Virus record (IMG/VR): IMGVR_UViG_3300028886_000035
Span: 192,001 to 256,000 of that record
Length of the DNA stretch: 64,000 nucleotides
Strand: one strand, 5' to 3'
Origin: a virus
Lineage: Duplodnaviria > Caudoviricetes
The notes under the pieces: generated by a model
Database searches by the model: none
The model's input: only the letters and a program-made list of their open reading frames with translations
Told to the model about the DNA's origin: nothing
In this document: positions 62,428-64,000 of the stretch, one piece after another
How positions within the stretch are numbered: position 1 is the stretch's first letter
Layout: every line of letters starts with the position of its first letter
Made by a program: the position numbers and the translations under genes

Positions 62428-62949
62428 TCATTTTTCATTCATCACATTCAACATAGCATTGATATAATCACTCATTTCATTCATATCTTTTTCATTAAAT
62501 GCTTCTCTGAAAAGATTATGGAATTTCTGATGATTATGTTTTGGATATTCCCACGAACTCAAACGAGGACGAACTTTATCCGAACTCGTATTCGTTTTAT
62601 CTGTATTAACTGTGTTATTAGAAATAGAAGGTTTAATTGCTTTCTCAAATGCTGAACGGTTCTTTTTTACATCTTCAAGCATTTCATTAAGAAATCCCTT
62701 GTAAGAATCATCTTCGTTTTCTTTTACTGCTACGAAATTAACAAGTTTGCTAAATACATTTGCAGAAAGAACTACTTTATCATTTGGAATAGATGGAACA
62801 AAATCCTTTTGCTTCTGCTCGTATTCCTTTTCTTTTTTCATTTCATATTTGCTAATATAATCCATAATCGTATTGAACTCAATGCTTTTCAACTGGTCAA
62901 CATGCTTATTGATAATCTCCATAATGTCATTATAATTCTGATTTTCCAT
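62428..62949 (-). CDS. hypothetical protein
   Basis: RBS GGAGG. Confidence 0.6.
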   Translation of the reverse strand: MENQNYNDIMEIINKHVDQLKSIEFNTIMDYISKYEMKKEKEYEQKQKDFVPSIPNDKVVLSANVFSKLVNFVAVKENEDDSYKGFLNEMLEDVKKNRSAFEKAIKPSISNNTVNTDKTNTSSDKVRPRLSSWEYPKHNHQKFHNLFREAFNEKDMNEMSDYINAMLNVMNEK

Positions 62950-62992
62950 AGTTAATATCCTCCATAGATGTTTTCTTTATACATATAGTATA

Positions 62993-63544
62993 TCATTCTT
63001 TATCTGTTTTGTCAACATCATTTTGAATGTTTTCTTTAGTTTCTTTTTCTATATTCTTTTTCACGTTTGCAACAATATCATCTACAAACGTTTTTGCACG
63101 TTGAAGTTCCATACAAGATTCTTGAATAAACTTTACAATCTCATTGTAATACATAGATACAATCAATTTTGTTGGTTTTTCAACATGACTTGCGAACCAA
63201 GTTTCATCTACTTCAATTACACTAATATGATTTTTATTTTCCTGTGAAAAATTCACAAGTGCAACCCAATTTGTATTCTCTTTACTTGAATATTCTGTTT
63301 CATAAAACACGTCTTTATTCACGAAATCAAATACAATATATACATTATATGTATCAGAATGTAATACACGTAATTTAATTTTTGTATCTACACCACTCAT
63401 AAAATCAAGTTGTTTCATCAACTCATTTTTAATAACCAATGCAGAAATATTTAAATCATCAGAATCATAATAATTTGAATGTATAACATAACGATAAAAA
63501 TCATTTTGTTTAACGTCCAATTTAATTGTATAAACATTACTCAT
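62993..63544 (-). CDS. hypothetical protein
   Basis: coupled to the upstream nusG-like gene. Confidence 0.6.
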   Translation of the reverse strand: MSNVYTIKLDVKQNDFYRYVIHSNYYDSDDLNISALVIKNELMKQLDFMSGVDTKIKLRVLHSDTYNVYIVFDFVNKDVFYETEYSSKENTNWVALVNFSQENKNHISVIEVDETWFASHVEKPTKLIVSMYYNEIVKFIQESCMELQRAKTFVDDIVANVKKNIEKETKENIQNDVDKTDKE

Positions 63545-63995
63545 TGACTAAATCTCCCTCAATTGTAGTATCAAACATATGATATTTTGCTTGTTTCTCA
63601 TTTAGTTTTTTTAGTTCTTCTTCTGAAAATCCTTCAGGAGCATATTCCTCTTTAATTTTATCAATATCGTATTGTGTAAGACATTGTGGAATTCCACCTA
63701 CAGTTGGGATAACTGCAACACCTGTTGTACCTCTAAGTAAATTCCAAATACGCTCTGTCAGAATACATTTAATAAATACATAGTTTGAAAAAGCACCTTT
63801 TACTTTATGAATTTTATCCTTTTTAGTACCATCAACAAGCGTAACTTGTTTTTTTGTATACTTAATTGGAATATAATAATCACTAATATATTTTTCCAAC
63901 TCCGTACCTTCAACGGCTTCTTTTACATTTTGAATATACTTAGCTTCATAGTTAAATTGTGTAACAACAGTATACCATCTATATTTATTCGGCAC
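63537..63995 (-). CDS. NusG-family NGN-domain protein (no KOW domain seen)
   Basis: RWYTVVT..YE, YIP, FSNYVFI, IWNLLRGTTGV, PQCL. Confidence 0.82.
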   Translation of the reverse strand: MPNKYRWYTVVTQFNYEAKYIQNVKEAVEGTELEKYISDYYIPIKYTKKQVTLVDGTKKDKIHKVKGAFSNYVFIKCILTERIWNLLRGTTGVAVIPTVGGIPQCLTQYDIDKIKEEYAPEGFSEEELKKLNEKQAKYHMFDTTIEGDLVNE

Positions 63996-64000
63996 ATTAC

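Noticed and set aside
1-64000. Stop-codon reassignment (code 4 or 15)
   Set aside because: Conserved genes are intact in code 11, TAG and TGA end genes at sensible places, and no suppressor tRNA was found; the breaks are explained by introns or single lesions

Overview
AT-rich 64 kb segment of a large (jumbo-type) lytic phage of an anaerobic Bacillota host (Negativicutes-like amidase, HPr-like protein, sigmaA promoters; host is inference). Most genes are on the minus strand and use genetic code 11. (1) 1-15.1 kb: modular early-type region of promoter-gene-terminator cassettes (Hsp20, His-less HPr, Rnl1-type RNA ligase, GNAT, formate/nitrite channel) carrying 23 copies of a quasi-palindromic 14-mer TAAAACATTTTACA. 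The array stops at a G-run segment at 15.15-15.30 kb. (2) 15.3-24.3 kb: deaminase, amidase, coiled-coil proteins, VapD and acidic proteins with an N-terminal KRL(I/V)-A tag. (3) 24.4-31.8 kb: anaerobic RNR split into a large nrdD (4 group I introns plus a DOD intein) and a separate glycyl-radical gene (5th intron), with a GIY-YIG gene between them. (4) 32.7-43 kb: a three-repeat polyprotein, small genes and an orphan TnpB. (5) 43.4-51.5 kb: 15 tRNA genes, including Ile(TAT) and a non-canonical Asn(ATT), with three HDV-like (theta) ribozymes abutting tRNA 3' ends. (6) 51.6-64 kb: HUH Rep-like protein, kinase-HD RNA end-healing protein, Ro60/TROVE-like DUF2828 vWA protein and a NusG NGN-only protein. 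The best candidate for an undescribed system is a family of six covarying 'CAGCAA' stem RNAs found in the tRNA operons and directly upstream of the Ro60-like gene, alongside ribozyme, healing and ligation components.
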